Shown: positions 36,199 to 45,942, counted from the stretch's first letter. The stretch is DNA of 64,000 nt from a bacterium (GCA_037129835.1 JBAXUE010000005.1:13975-77974), one strand, 5' to 3'. The notes: generated by a model not told the origin, from the sequence alone. Program-made: numbers and translations.

Positions 36199-36691
36199 TA
36201 AAATTACAAAAATTTTATTTGTGACTGTGGTATTTATTTTTGTTGTTTCATTCTCTGGTATTGGAATAGCCGCACTTTTTGACAAAAGCGTAGTTCAAAA
36301 AGTTGTAAAAACGGTTGTTACCAAAGAAGTAGAAGAAGATGAATCGGTGGCGACCCCTGAGCCAACAAATATCACTTCTTCAAATACTACAAACACGGGT
36401 ACTACTCAACAAAATATAACTAATAGCCCTGTAACCCCAACTGTTACTACTGCACCAACGAGTAGTGGATATACACTGGCAGACGTTTCTGCTCATGGTT
36501 CAAGTAATGGTTGCTGGGTAGTATATTCAGGAAATGTATATGCCTTAGGTAGCTATCCATCATCTAGTCATCCCGCTGGGCCAAACATTCCCTGCGGAGG
36601 AGATATGACAAGCTTATTAAATTCTTCACATAATCATTCTGGTTTAGCAATTTCTCTACTAAAGAGTTTTTATAAAGGGCCATTAATCTAA
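36176..36691 (+). CDS. membrane-anchored cytochrome b5-like heme-binding domain protein
   Basis: YTLADVSAHGSSNGCWVVYSGNVYALGSY...HPAG parallels the cyt b5 fold (YTLEEV..H....CW..I.G.VYDVT.F..HPGG). N-terminal TM. T/S/N-rich linker. Confidence 0.55.
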   Translation: MKRRKMIDKITKILFVTVVFIFVVSFSGIGIAALFDKSVVQKVVKTVVTKEVEEDESVATPEPTNITSSNTTNTGTTQQNITNSPVTPTVTTAPTSSGYTLADVSAHGSSNGCWVVYSGNVYALGSYPSSSHPAGPNIPCGGDMTSLLNSSHNHSGLAISLLKSFYKGPLI

Positions 36692-36705
36692 TTTGGAGGG
36701 ATAAT

Positions 36706-36978
36706 ATGAGCGAGCAAAAAAAATATACTTTCGAGGAAGCAAAAAGAATTGGCGAAGCACTAGGCGTAGATTGGTCCAATTGGGACGTCGAACAATTTCG
36801 AAAAGGGATGGATGTGGAGCTTGAACATGGACAAGTTTCGCCACTTACCAATGTAACTGATGACGACCCACTACTTACGGGTAAAATAGCGCTCGCGCAT
36901 CTAAACGAGTTTCCGGACTATTATACTAGGCTAGAAGTACTAGAAGACGAAGCCGAAAAATTTTGGAAAAATAATTAA
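36706..36978 (+). CDS. hypothetical protein
   Basis: GGAGGG RBS. No motifs. Confidence 0.5.
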   Translation: MSEQKKYTFEEAKRIGEALGVDWSNWDVEQFRKGMDVELEHGQVSPLTNVTDDDPLLTGKIALAHLNEFPDYYTRLEVLEDEAEKFWKNN

Positions 36979-36998
36979 ATTATTCGAAAGGAGTCACA

Positions 36999-37514
36999 GT
37001 GAAAGCTTTTATTCCCGAAAAAGTACAGTTACCGGACAGAAAAGTATTAACTATTACGAGCATGGGTGACCCCAATAAGGTTGGCGAAGAAGTTTTTTCA
37101 GCCTTATACGGAACCGCTTTTGGAACTCGTTTTAAAGTATATAAACCCAAGGGACTAGAAGTAAAATTCGGCAAGCTCACAGCTCTATGGCCCGATGCTC
37201 ATTTGAAACCAAAAGATGAATGGACCGGTATTTGGGCAATACCAGTGCCAGACTTTTATGAAGAAAACGATTTAGTACAAAAAGACCCCGATAACTCTGT
37301 GAAAGTTGAGATATGGAAGGGTGGTACTTATGCGCAAGTACTGCATCTGGGGTCCTATAGTGAGGAAGAGCCTACAATAAAAACATTGCATGAGTATATC
37401 AAAGAGGAGTTTGGAATGGATATGAAGGACGTTCCTGGGATCCACGAAGAAGAATACCTTACTAGTCCTGATGCGAAGGTTGTTAAGACCATAATACGCT
37501 ACCGTATAAGCTAA
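36999..37514 (+). CDS. GyrI-like small-molecule-binding domain protein
   Basis: Length and spacing of aromatic/acidic residues suggest the GyrI/AraC-effector fold. Weak assignment. Confidence 0.35.
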   Translation: MKAFIPEKVQLPDRKVLTITSMGDPNKVGEEVFSALYGTAFGTRFKVYKPKGLEVKFGKLTALWPDAHLKPKDEWTGIWAIPVPDFYEENDLVQKDPDNSVKVEIWKGGTYAQVLHLGSYSEEEPTIKTLHEYIKEEFGMDMKDVPGIHEEEYLTSPDAKVVKTIIRYRIS

Positions 37515-37564
37515 ATATTTATTTGTATACTTGCTTTTGTTTATATATGAAATAAAATGTAACT

Positions 37565-38596
37565 ATGGATATAAACACTATTATTATTGTAGGTTTGATC
37601 GTCGTGGGTTTCGGAGCGCTGTTTTATTTCGTAAATCAGAAGTTCACTGAGCTAGCCAAGCCTAAAGAAGACGACAAAAGCCTTTTGTTGTTAAACCAAA
37701 ACATGCAAGGGCTTCAAGATAAGCTAGAAAATACCAAAGACCACTTGAATAGTCAGTTAGAAAAGGTAACACAAGTACTCAACGACGTCAAAGTTTCAAA
37801 CAGCCGGCTGACTGATTTCTCAAAACAGCTTGTAGGACTAGAGAATATTCTTAGAAACCCAAAACACAGAGGGGTTTTTGGTGAATATTTACTGGAAAAT
37901 TTACTAAGCAATGTCTTTCCCCCAGAAATATATGAAAGCCAGTTTGCACTTGGCAAAGACTCAGATGGTCGCGAAATCAAGGTAGATTTCATCATGCATG
38001 TAAATAAAGCTATTATTCCGATAGATTCCAAGTTTTCTATGGAAAACTATAACAAGTTTATCGGCGAAGAGAATAAACAACAAAAAGAAGAGTTTCTAAG
38101 GTTATTAAAAGGGGATTTAAAGAAGAGGATCGACGAAACAGCAAAATATATCAAGCCAAACCTCGGTACTACAGATTTTGCCTTTATGTACATTCCATCG
38201 GAGGCAATATATTATGATCTCCTTGTTAACAAAACGGGGTCTCTGGATACACTGAGTCTGATTGATTACGCCTATATAGAGAAAAAAGTTATTATCGTTT
38301 CCCCTACGACCTTTTTAGCTTACCTTCAAACTGTTTTGCAGGGCTTAAATTCACTAAAAGTGGAAAAATCGATAGAGGTAGTGGTTAGCAATGTAAAAAC
38401 GCTCCGCAAACACCTAAATTCTTTTACAGACAAGCAAGTAAAGGTGGGAAGAAGCTTGGTAACGCTTGTAAACTCTGTTAATGAGTCTGCCGGAGAATAC
38501 CGGAAGATAGACAAGGATATTACCAAGATTGCTGGCAAGGGAATAGGTTCTGAGGAAATAGTTCTGATCGATAAACCTTATTCCGAAGATGAATAG
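37565..38596 (+). CDS. rmuC: DNA recombination protein RmuC
   Basis: N-terminal TM and coiled coil. VFGEYLLENLL...VDFIM...IPIDSKF matches the RmuC core. Confidence 0.75.
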   Translation: MDINTIIIVGLIVVGFGALFYFVNQKFTELAKPKEDDKSLLLLNQNMQGLQDKLENTKDHLNSQLEKVTQVLNDVKVSNSRLTDFSKQLVGLENILRNPKHRGVFGEYLLENLLSNVFPPEIYESQFALGKDSDGREIKVDFIMHVNKAIIPIDSKFSMENYNKFIGEENKQQKEEFLRLLKGDLKKRIDETAKYIKPNLGTTDFAFMYIPSEAIYYDLLVNKTGSLDTLSLIDYAYIEKKVIIVSPTTFLAYLQTVLQGLNSLKVEKSIEVVVSNVKTLRKHLNSFTDKQVKVGRSLVTLVNSVNESAGEYRKIDKDITKIAGKGIGSEEIVLIDKPYSEDE

Positions 38597-38637
38597 TTGT
38601 TGCTGACGGGACAGCAATATTTTGTTATAATTTTGTT

Positions 38638-39018
38638 ATGAGTAAGAAAACCTTTATTCCTATTACGTTAACACTGGCTATCATTTCTGGCGCGTTCTTG
38701 TTGTATCTTTTTTATACACAGGATCCAAGATCTGGGAATACCGTTATCGCACTCTTTTTAATATCTGTCTTTGTTATGATAACCTCGTTTAGCTCGCTTC
38801 TACTTTTTTTATTTCGTATCATGTTTAGTGATAAGGAAATGGTTTACAGAAAAGCAAAGAATTCTTTACGTGAAGGATTTTTCTTAGCTGTTTATGCTGT
38901 TGCTTTACTTTCTTTAGGTGCAACCAGTCTCTTGACTTGGTGGGACTCACTACTTTTGGCTTTAAGTTTAGTACTATTTGAGATATACTTTTTATCAGGT
39001 AGGGAGAAAAAGTTATGA
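38638..39018 (+). CDS. hypothetical membrane protein
   Basis: Four TM helices. Confidence 0.45.
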   Translation: MSKKTFIPITLTLAIISGAFLLYLFYTQDPRSGNTVIALFLISVFVMITSFSSLLLFLFRIMFSDKEMVYRKAKNSLREGFFLAVYAVALLSLGATSLLTWWDSLLLALSLVLFEIYFLSGREKKL

Positions 39019-39380
39019 GCCAAGTACAACTAATAATAAGTGGTTTGATTTTATTTTTCTTGATTAATATATCAGTAACCACGGCGTTTATCTTTATATA
39101 TTTCAAAATAATAAAAGAAAAAAATAACCTCAAAGAAAAATTTCTACTTTCACTATTTTTATCAGCTGTAAACTATTTCATACAGATTTTAACTTTGATA
39201 ATTTTTTTTGCAGTTGGTCCTATCGGACTTTATTCTGCCGTTGCAGTAACATCGATGCTAGGCTACGCATTAATATTAAAGCACCACTATCATTTTGATA
39301 TTTTACGAATCGCAATAATCACATTTAGTCTTACGATACTTCTTAGCCCAGCCTGGATGAGACTACTCGGGATAAAATAA
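39015..39380 (+). CDS. hypothetical membrane protein
   Basis: Four TM helices. Stop abuts pheS (TAAATG). Confidence 0.45.
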   Translation: MSQVQLIISGLILFFLINISVTTAFIFIYFKIIKEKNNLKEKFLLSLFLSAVNYFIQILTLIIFFAVGPIGLYSAVAVTSMLGYALILKHHYHFDILRIAIITFSLTILLSPAWMRLLGIK

Positions 39381-40379
39381 ATGATAGATATAATTGAAAA
39401 AATTAGAAAAGAATTTGACGACGAAATTCAAGTGATAGATACTAGTAGTCTTGAATTTATTAAAACTAAATATATCGGTCGTAAAAGTCAATTAAATGAG
39501 ATTTTACGTTCACTAAAAGATGCAACAATAGAAGAACGAAAGATAGTCGGATCCAAGGCAAACGAGCTACAAAAACATATAGAGCAAGCTATTCTGGAAA
39601 AAGAAAATCAGTTTTCTTCTGTGACTGGGGACGCCCTAGACGTTACTTCTCCAGGTCGGACTTATCCTTTGGGGCATGTCCACCCAGTAAATCAGGTCGT
39701 AACAGAACTGGTTGGAATTTTCAAAAATTTAGGATATGAGGTAGCTGAGGGGCCAGAAATAGAGGATGAGTGGCACAACTTTGAGGCGCTTAATATGCCG
39801 AACAATCACCCAGCAAGAGATATGCAGGATACTTTTTATTTAAAAAACGGAGCAATTCCTAGAACCCAAACATCTTCAGTGCAGATTCGTTATATGGAAG
39901 ATAATAAGCCACCAATTAAGATCATTTCACCGGGAAAAGTCCATAGAAATGAGAACGAAGACGCTACACATAGCTGGGTATTTCATCAACTAGAAGGTTT
40001 GGTAATTGACGAAGGAGTAACATTCGCTGACCTTAAGGGGACGCTTGAATTAGTGGCAAAGAAAATATTCGGGCCAGATACAAAGACTCGTTTTCGACCA
40101 AACTTCTTTCCCTACACAGAACCAAGCGCAGAAATGGATGCTAGTTGTCCTCAATGTAATGGGAGAGGTTGTCGTTCCTGCGGTGGTACTGGTTGGCTAG
40201 AGCTTCTTGGCGCTGGTATGGTGCATCCTCAAGTCCTTCGAAATATGGGAATCGACCCAGAAAAATACAGTGGATTTGCTTTTGGATTAGGCATTGATAG
40301 AATCGCGATGATAAAGCATCAGATACCAGACGCTAGACTATTCTGGCACCCAGATGTAAGATTTTTGGAGCAGTTCTGA
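39381..40379 (+). CDS. pheS: phenylalanine--tRNA ligase alpha subunit
   Basis: Class II aaRS motifs (FRPNFFPYTEPS, GAGMVHP, FGLGIDRIAM). Confidence 0.9.
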   Translation: MIDIIEKIRKEFDDEIQVIDTSSLEFIKTKYIGRKSQLNEILRSLKDATIEERKIVGSKANELQKHIEQAILEKENQFSSVTGDALDVTSPGRTYPLGHVHPVNQVVTELVGIFKNLGYEVAEGPEIEDEWHNFEALNMPNNHPARDMQDTFYLKNGAIPRTQTSSVQIRYMEDNKPPIKIISPGKVHRNENEDATHSWVFHQLEGLVIDEGVTFADLKGTLELVAKKIFGPDTKTRFRPNFFPYTEPSAEMDASCPQCNGRGCRSCGGTGWLELLGAGMVHPQVLRNMGIDPEKYSGFAFGLGIDRIAMIKHQIPDARLFWHPDVRFLEQF

Positions 40380-40390
40380 CTGGAGACCCT

Positions 40391-40472
40391 GTCATTCCTG
40401 GTCGCAAGCCAGGAATCCACCCATATAAATATTTTATTTGAAATAGATTCCTGGCTTGCGACCAGGAATGAC
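40391..40472. repeat. perfect 27-bp inverted repeat pair (GTCATTCCTGGTCGCAAGCCAGGAATC ... GATTCCTGGCTTGCGACCAGGAATGAC) in the pheS-pheT spacer
   Basis: Direct reading. Each arm is itself a hairpin. Same GTCATYCC family as the in-gene elements. Confidence 0.6.
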
Positions 40473-40487
40473 AAAGAGGAAAAAGAA

Positions 40488-42869
40488 ATGAAACTACCCC
40501 TAAGCTGGCTAAAAGAATATGTTAAAACGAAGTATTCTGCAGAAGAAATTGCTGATAAGCTCACGATGGCCGGACTTGAAGTAGAGGAAATTATCCGAGA
40601 AGTTGTCTTTTCTGGTGTAGTTATCGGTGAGGTTATTGCCAAAGAAAAACATCCCAATGCAGATAAGCTCAATATAGCAAAGGTGAATGTTGGTAAAAAA
40701 AGTCTACAGATTGTTTGTGGCGCACCGAATCTTGCTGTTGGTCAGATGGTACCAGTCGCACTTGTCGGCGCAAAGCTCGGGGATTTTGAAATAAGCAAGG
40801 CTGTACTCCGTGGTGTTGAGTCAAATGGAATGATTTGTAGCGAACGAGAACTCGGCATCTCTGACGAGCACGAAGGTATTATGGTACTAGAAAAGGAAGT
40901 AGAAGTCGGTGGTGATTTCGGCGAATATCTTGGCAAAGACGAAGTTATCGATGTAAAAGTACTGGCAAATAGACCAGATTGCATGAGTATTCTTGGTTTG
41001 GCACGAGAAGTATCCGCCCTAACATCAGAAAAGCTTGTCGAGCCAAAGGTAAATATCAATGAAGTGGTAGGTACTGAGAAGATTGTTGTAAGAGTAGAAG
41101 ATTCCTCACTTTGCCCTAGATACGTTTCACGAATTGTTAAAAATGTGAAACTTGTTGGAACTCCAAAGTGGATGAAAGAAAGACTTCTTGCTTCTGGGGT
41201 ACGCTCGATAGATTTGTTTGTAGATATTTCGAATTATGTCATGCTTGAATATGGGCAGCCATTGCACTTTTTCGATTTAGATAAATTAACTGATCGTAGC
41301 ATCATAGTTAGATCGGCAAAAGAGGGCGAAACTCTTGTTACTCTTGATGGGCAGAACAGAAACCTAACAAAAGATAATCTGGTGATTGCTAACAAAAAGA
41401 TCCCAATAGCACTTGCGGGTGTAATGGGTGGAGAGACAACTGAAATTAGTAAAGATACTAAGAACATATTTATAGAAGCCGCGGTTTTTGATAAGGCAAG
41501 TATTCGTAAAACTTCACGTGCTTTAGGGCTTCGCTCTGAGGCAGTAGCTAGATTTGAAAAAGGAATCAGCCTAGATCTTCCCGATATTGCGATAGATAGA
41601 GCTGCCCAGCTACTAACTGAACTCGGACTAGGAGAAGTACAAAAAGGTAAAAATGACGTATCTGATGGGGCTACCCAGAAGCTAAATATTATTATAAACC
41701 CAAGCAAGCTAAATGCATTTTTAGGAACTTCCTACTCTAATAAAGAAATAGTTTCTACTCTTACTTCTTTGGGTTTCAAAGTTAGTGAGAAAACCAAATA
41801 TTCGTTGGATATAGTGATCCCATGGTGGAGGGTTGATATATTAGAGCCAGTCGATATTTATGAAGAAGTAGTGCGTATCATAGGTTATGAGAGTGTGCCT
41901 AGCACCTTGCCTTTCGCTGTCGCCGTCATACCGCAAAAAAATCAGTTTTTTGAATTTAGCCAAGTGGTTAGAAACACTATGGTTGGTGCGGGGTTTACAG
42001 AGATTATGACATATTCATTTGCCGGCGAAAAGGAGATCGGCTTAGTGAGCGCTGATGCCAAAGAAGCTTTGGAAGTAGCGAATCCTCTTGTAAAAGAACA
42101 GAAGTATTTGCGCACATCACTAGTTCCGAAAATGCTTGAATCCTTGGCAGCGAACCAGTTTAATCGAGATAGCTTACATTTATTTGAAATAGCCAAAACT
42201 TACCACAAAAATGGGAAAGATATACTTCCGAAAGAAAAAACTATTCTTTCTATCGGAGTCGTTGGGGGTACTGCTTGGCCCTTTAATTCAGTCAGCGGTG
42301 CTAATTTTTATGATTGTAAAGGTACAATTCAAAATTTACTCAAGAATTTGAAAATACAGGATGATTTGATCAGCTACAGGCCTGCAAGAGATTCTTTATT
42401 TGCCATAGGGCACAGTTGCGAACTTTTCTACAAAGATAAAGTTATTGGTCAAATCGGGGTAATATCTGTGAGTGCTGGCAATATATCGGGCCTAAAGAAA
42501 GCCGCTGCGACCGCAACTATTGATTTGAATCTGCTTTATTCATTATTACCACAAGTAGATCAGATATGTGCTGAAATTAGTAAATACCAAAAATCCGTAC
42601 GTGACATCTCGGTAACTGTGCCAAAAAATATATCAGCAGAAACTGTTCTGGATGCAACTAGAAATGCTGATGGCTTGATTCAATCAATAGATATCATCGA
42701 TATTTATGAGGGTAAAAACATTAATTCTGATGAGAAAAACATCACTATTAGGCTAGAGATATTTAGTTTTGAAAAAACATTGACCGAAAAAGATGTAGAT
42801 AATACTGTCAAAATATGTCAAAATATATTAATTATGTTGGGGGGAAAGCTTCGGGGTGTCGAAAAGTAA
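40488..42869 (+). CDS. pheT: phenylalanine--tRNA ligase beta subunit
   Basis: MKLPLSWLKEYV N-terminus, tRNA-binding and B3/4 domain patterns. 793 aa. Confidence 0.9.
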   Translation: MKLPLSWLKEYVKTKYSAEEIADKLTMAGLEVEEIIREVVFSGVVIGEVIAKEKHPNADKLNIAKVNVGKKSLQIVCGAPNLAVGQMVPVALVGAKLGDFEISKAVLRGVESNGMICSERELGISDEHEGIMVLEKEVEVGGDFGEYLGKDEVIDVKVLANRPDCMSILGLAREVSALTSEKLVEPKVNINEVVGTEKIVVRVEDSSLCPRYVSRIVKNVKLVGTPKWMKERLLASGVRSIDLFVDISNYVMLEYGQPLHFFDLDKLTDRSIIVRSAKEGETLVTLDGQNRNLTKDNLVIANKKIPIALAGVMGGETTEISKDTKNIFIEAAVFDKASIRKTSRALGLRSEAVARFEKGISLDLPDIAIDRAAQLLTELGLGEVQKGKNDVSDGATQKLNIIINPSKLNAFLGTSYSNKEIVSTLTSLGFKVSEKTKYSLDIVIPWWRVDILEPVDIYEEVVRIIGYESVPSTLPFAVAVIPQKNQFFEFSQVVRNTMVGAGFTEIMTYSFAGEKEIGLVSADAKEALEVANPLVKEQKYLRTSLVPKMLESLAANQFNRDSLHLFEIAKTYHKNGKDILPKEKTILSIGVVGGTAWPFNSVSGANFYDCKGTIQNLLKNLKIQDDLISYRPARDSLFAIGHSCELFYKDKVIGQIGVISVSAGNISGLKKAAATATIDLNLLYSLLPQVDQICAEISKYQKSVRDISVTVPKNISAETVLDATRNADGLIQSIDIIDIYEGKNINSDEKNITIRLEIFSFEKTLTEKDVDNTVKICQNILIMLGGKLRGVEK

Positions 42870-44697
42870 GCAGCTAGATGGAATAAACAATTCTGAGTCA
42901 CAAATTGTTACTGGCCAGGCTCAGTATCAAGAGCCTCTGCAAAATGCTGAGGAGCTTATTTCTGTTAAACAACCAAACGGTGCTGCCCCAAAAAATATTG
43001 TCATGCCCAAAAAACCCCACTTCCTTTTTAGAAAAGTTTTCCAAAAGAAATCAAAAGCAACATTAGAACAGGCGAAAAAACGAATAGTCGCCGACGCTCA
43101 AGAGAAAAGCGCAAAAAAACTAAAAGAGCCTATTGTAAAAACTTCAAATGCGGCTAAAGACAAGCAGAGCATTGAAGACATAACTAGCAAGGACTCTTTA
43201 TTTAGAAGTCATAAGAAGATATTTGTTCCTCTCTTTATTGTTGTTGCTATTTTGCTCCTGACAACAGGAGCTGTTGTGGGTGCGGCGTATGCCCACCAGA
43301 CAATATACGAAAATAAATTTTTCCCTGGCGTAATCGTTTGGGGAGAAAATGTTGGTGGCAAAACTACCAATGAAGCACAACTGATAATAAACAAAAAAAT
43401 AGACAGCTATAAGGTTGTTATCGGGGGACCTGACCAGGATTACTCTGCTAGTGCGAGCGATCTGGGGATACTGTTCGATTCTGAAAAAATGGTATTTAGC
43501 GCTTTTAACACCGGTAGAAAGGAGAGTTGGTTTAACAATTATTTGGTTCGAGCAAGGTTGTTTATTTCTTCGCTTGGGTGGGATCAGACTACTAAGCTTG
43601 TAGATTCGGCCTCTCTTGTGGTAAAGCCCGTATATATAGTTGAAGATACTAAGCTTACAGAATATCTGACTAAAATATCAGATAATATTAAGATAGATCC
43701 TCAAGACTCTCAGATTACTGTTACAGGGGCGACAACACAGTTGAAACCGGCTATATATGGACGCAAAGTTGATTTTGATAGCTTAAAAAATAGTGTAAAA
43801 TCTTCTATTGGATTGCTTAAAACTGATAAAATTACCGTTCAAACTACTAAAATACAACCTGCAATTGTTGATAATAGTGCTCAAGAAGTAATGGTACAGG
43901 CTGAAAGCGTAATGCAGAGACCTGTCATACTCAATTATCAGGGGCTTGATTACAGGCCGAGTCAAGAAACCGTTGCATCTTGGATCGCTTTCGCTAAAAA
44001 CCCAGGTGAAATCAAATATACTATAGTGCTAGATCAATCAAAGATGACAAATTACTTTTCTTTTCTCAAAAACAAAATTGATATTGAGCCGATTGGTCGC
44101 AATGTACGAGTTGAAAACGGCGTTAAGTCGACAGAGACTCAAGCAGGTAAGGATGGCCTCCGCGTTGATACTGCACTCCTTGGAAAGCAAATTGCTGAGG
44201 CCTTACCCGTTCAGCCTGATGTCGCTTTGGCAATACCGACATATGTCGAAACCTTTCAGACAAAATATGAAAATGTCGTTGTCGCAGACTGGGACAAATA
44301 TGTCGATATTAATCTCTCGACACAAACAATGCTTGCCTGTGAGCGGGGTGGAATAAACTGTCGAGAATGGAGAGTTATGACAGGTAAAAACAGTACCCCC
44401 ACACCAGTCGGCACTTTCTTAGTACTGGGGCGAACAGCTAATTTTTGGATGACTGGACTAGAGGGAACGCCAGAAGCTTATCGACTATGGGTGCCTTATG
44501 CTACTTGGTTCAAGGGTGGTGGGTATGCTATCCACAGTGCCAGCTGGAGAAACAACAATCCAGAATCTTCTAATGGTTTTGGCAATCAGTCTTATACTTG
44601 GAACGGTTCGCATGGATGTGTTAATTCACCGGACGACGCAGCTGCCTTTATATACAACTGGGCACCAGTGGGTACCCCTGTCACAGTCCATAACTAA
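42856..44697 (+). CDS. L,D-transpeptidase (YkuD) family protein with N-terminal TM and large extracytoplasmic domain
   Basis: C-terminal YkuD motif ...GYAIHSA...NGSHGCVN (catalytic Cys in SHGC). Confidence 0.75.
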   Translation: MSKSKQLDGINNSESQIVTGQAQYQEPLQNAEELISVKQPNGAAPKNIVMPKKPHFLFRKVFQKKSKATLEQAKKRIVADAQEKSAKKLKEPIVKTSNAAKDKQSIEDITSKDSLFRSHKKIFVPLFIVVAILLLTTGAVVGAAYAHQTIYENKFFPGVIVWGENVGGKTTNEAQLIINKKIDSYKVVIGGPDQDYSASASDLGILFDSEKMVFSAFNTGRKESWFNNYLVRARLFISSLGWDQTTKLVDSASLVVKPVYIVEDTKLTEYLTKISDNIKIDPQDSQITVTGATTQLKPAIYGRKVDFDSLKNSVKSSIGLLKTDKITVQTTKIQPAIVDNSAQEVMVQAESVMQRPVILNYQGLDYRPSQETVASWIAFAKNPGEIKYTIVLDQSKMTNYFSFLKNKIDIEPIGRNVRVENGVKSTETQAGKDGLRVDTALLGKQIAEALPVQPDVALAIPTYVETFQTKYENVVVADWDKYVDINLSTQTMLACERGGINCREWRVMTGKNSTPTPVGTFLVLGRTANFWMTGLEGTPEAYRLWVPYATWFKGGGYAIHSASWRNNNPESSNGFGNQSYTWNGSHGCVNSPDDAAAFIYNWAPVGTPVTVHN

Positions 44698-44779
44698 GAT
44701 AAGTAATTATATATGCATACCATTAGGTATTATTATTGTCATATCTTTACAGGATCTGCTCTCCTAGGGCCCAATAATT

Positions 44780-44880
44780 TATTGTTTGAAGTCCCGCAAC
44801 TGCCGGATCGAGAACTACTTCCCGCGTCATTTCTCAATCTAGTTGAGGACAGGCTCTAAACTAGATTTAGCTTGCCTGCG
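44780..44880. repeat. repeat unit R1 (ATTGTTTGAAGTCCCGCAACTGCCGGATCGAGAACTAC...CCTCAATCTAGTTGAGG...)
   Basis: About 90% identical to R2 at 45328. Confidence 0.6.
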
Positions 44881-45327
44881 GTAAGCAGGGATCCATTTCG
44901 TAATACTTTGATACTTTTATCTATAGTTATTCTGTATTTACCACTTTTTTAGTAAAAGTGGTGCAAAAAGCCCGAACTGTCGGATTCTCACAGAGTCAGT
45001 AACTCACTTATTCATGTTTAGTAAAATTAACTCCCCGGCTATTGCCGGTTCAAACAAAATTATTACCAAAATATTTATAAGTAAGCTACTTCGCTTCTCG
45101 AACCGATTGTTCGGATAGAAACCGCGTAAACTCCCACGAATTCGGGTATCGTGCGTCGTCTATAACCCCATTGTCATCCCTGGACGACTCGTCCATCGTA
45201 GCCTTGGTGAAGTTGGAAGTGGAGAGATCTAACACAATATTTACCGTCATCCTTGGCTTGCCCGAGGATCTCTCGCACCTCCCCGTCATTTCAAACTCAA
45301 TTTGGAGTCCGTATCCACACCTTTTTT

Positions 45328-45418
45328 ATTGTTCGAAGTCCGGCAACTGCCGGATAGAGAACTACTCCCCGCGTCATTCCTCAATCTAGTTGAGGACAGG
45401 CTCTAAACTTGATTTAGG
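45328..45418. repeat. repeat unit R2 (ATTGTTCGAAGTCCGGCAACTGCCGGATAGAGAACTAC...CCTCAATCTAGTTGAGGACAGGCTCTAAACT)
   Basis: Contains two hairpins (TCCGGCA-ac-TGCCGGA; CCTCAA-tctag-TTGAGG). Confidence 0.6.
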
Positions 45419-45428
45419 ATCTCTTTCA

Positions 45429-45455
45429 TATCGTTCGAATGCCAATGAGAACTAT
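45429..45455. repeat. ATCGTTCGAA-TGCCAA-TGAGAACTATA motif copy
   Basis: Same ATYGTTCGAA...GAGAACTA family. Confidence 0.5.
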
Positions 45456-45742
45456 AGATACACTTACTTATTTCCGTTCATTTCTTCTTGATAAGAAACG
45501 AACCAAACCTGCCTGCCGCAGGCGGGGAATCAAGAAAAATCCTCCTACGCACCAGAGCTTCGGACGGACAGGTCGAACTCCTTCTACTCGGCTCGTAATT
45601 TTGTTACCAATAATTACTCGACCTCGTAGATAGTCGGAGCTGTGAGCCCAAAGCGATTTTTCGTTAGGGATATACACTATCAAACCATATTTTCGAAACC
45701 CCCACGATCACCCCCTGGCAGTAAACAGAGGATCTCCTTTTT

Positions 45743-45780
45743 ATTGTTCGAAGTCCGGCGACTGGCGGAAGGAGAACTAA
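45743..45780. repeat. repeat unit R3 (partial): ATTGTTCGAAGTCCGGCGACTGGCGGAAGGAGAACTAA
   Basis: Third copy of the R1/R2 5' module. Confidence 0.55.
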
Positions 45781-45900
45781 TTCCCCACCTTTTCCCTTTC
45801 AGACAAGCTGTAAAAAGTAGATATATTATTAAAGGGAGTTTGCAATATCGACAAAAAATTTGCAACAATGGTAAACCTTGTAAAATGCGATGTTTTGTAC

Positions 45901-45929
45901 TTGATTAAGCTTCAAAAAGTATATAAAAT
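45901..45929 (+). promoter_or_regulatory. candidate promoter TTGATT-N17-TAAAAT for the giant gene
   Basis: Same -10 hexamer and spacing as the pyrG promoter. Confidence 0.4.
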
Positions 45930-45942
45930 GTATATATAACTT

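Noticed and set aside
44770-45800. Possible CRISPR array (repeated ~35-nt units)
   Set aside because: Repeats are degenerate, irregularly spaced (about 550 and 410 bp apart) and contain internal hairpins of different kinds. No cas genes nearby.
45171-45908. Track ORFs 45171..45389, 45439..45633, 45642..45908 and antisense partners
   Set aside because: They lie entirely within the repeat region, are Arg/Pro-rich, and overlap each other on both strands.
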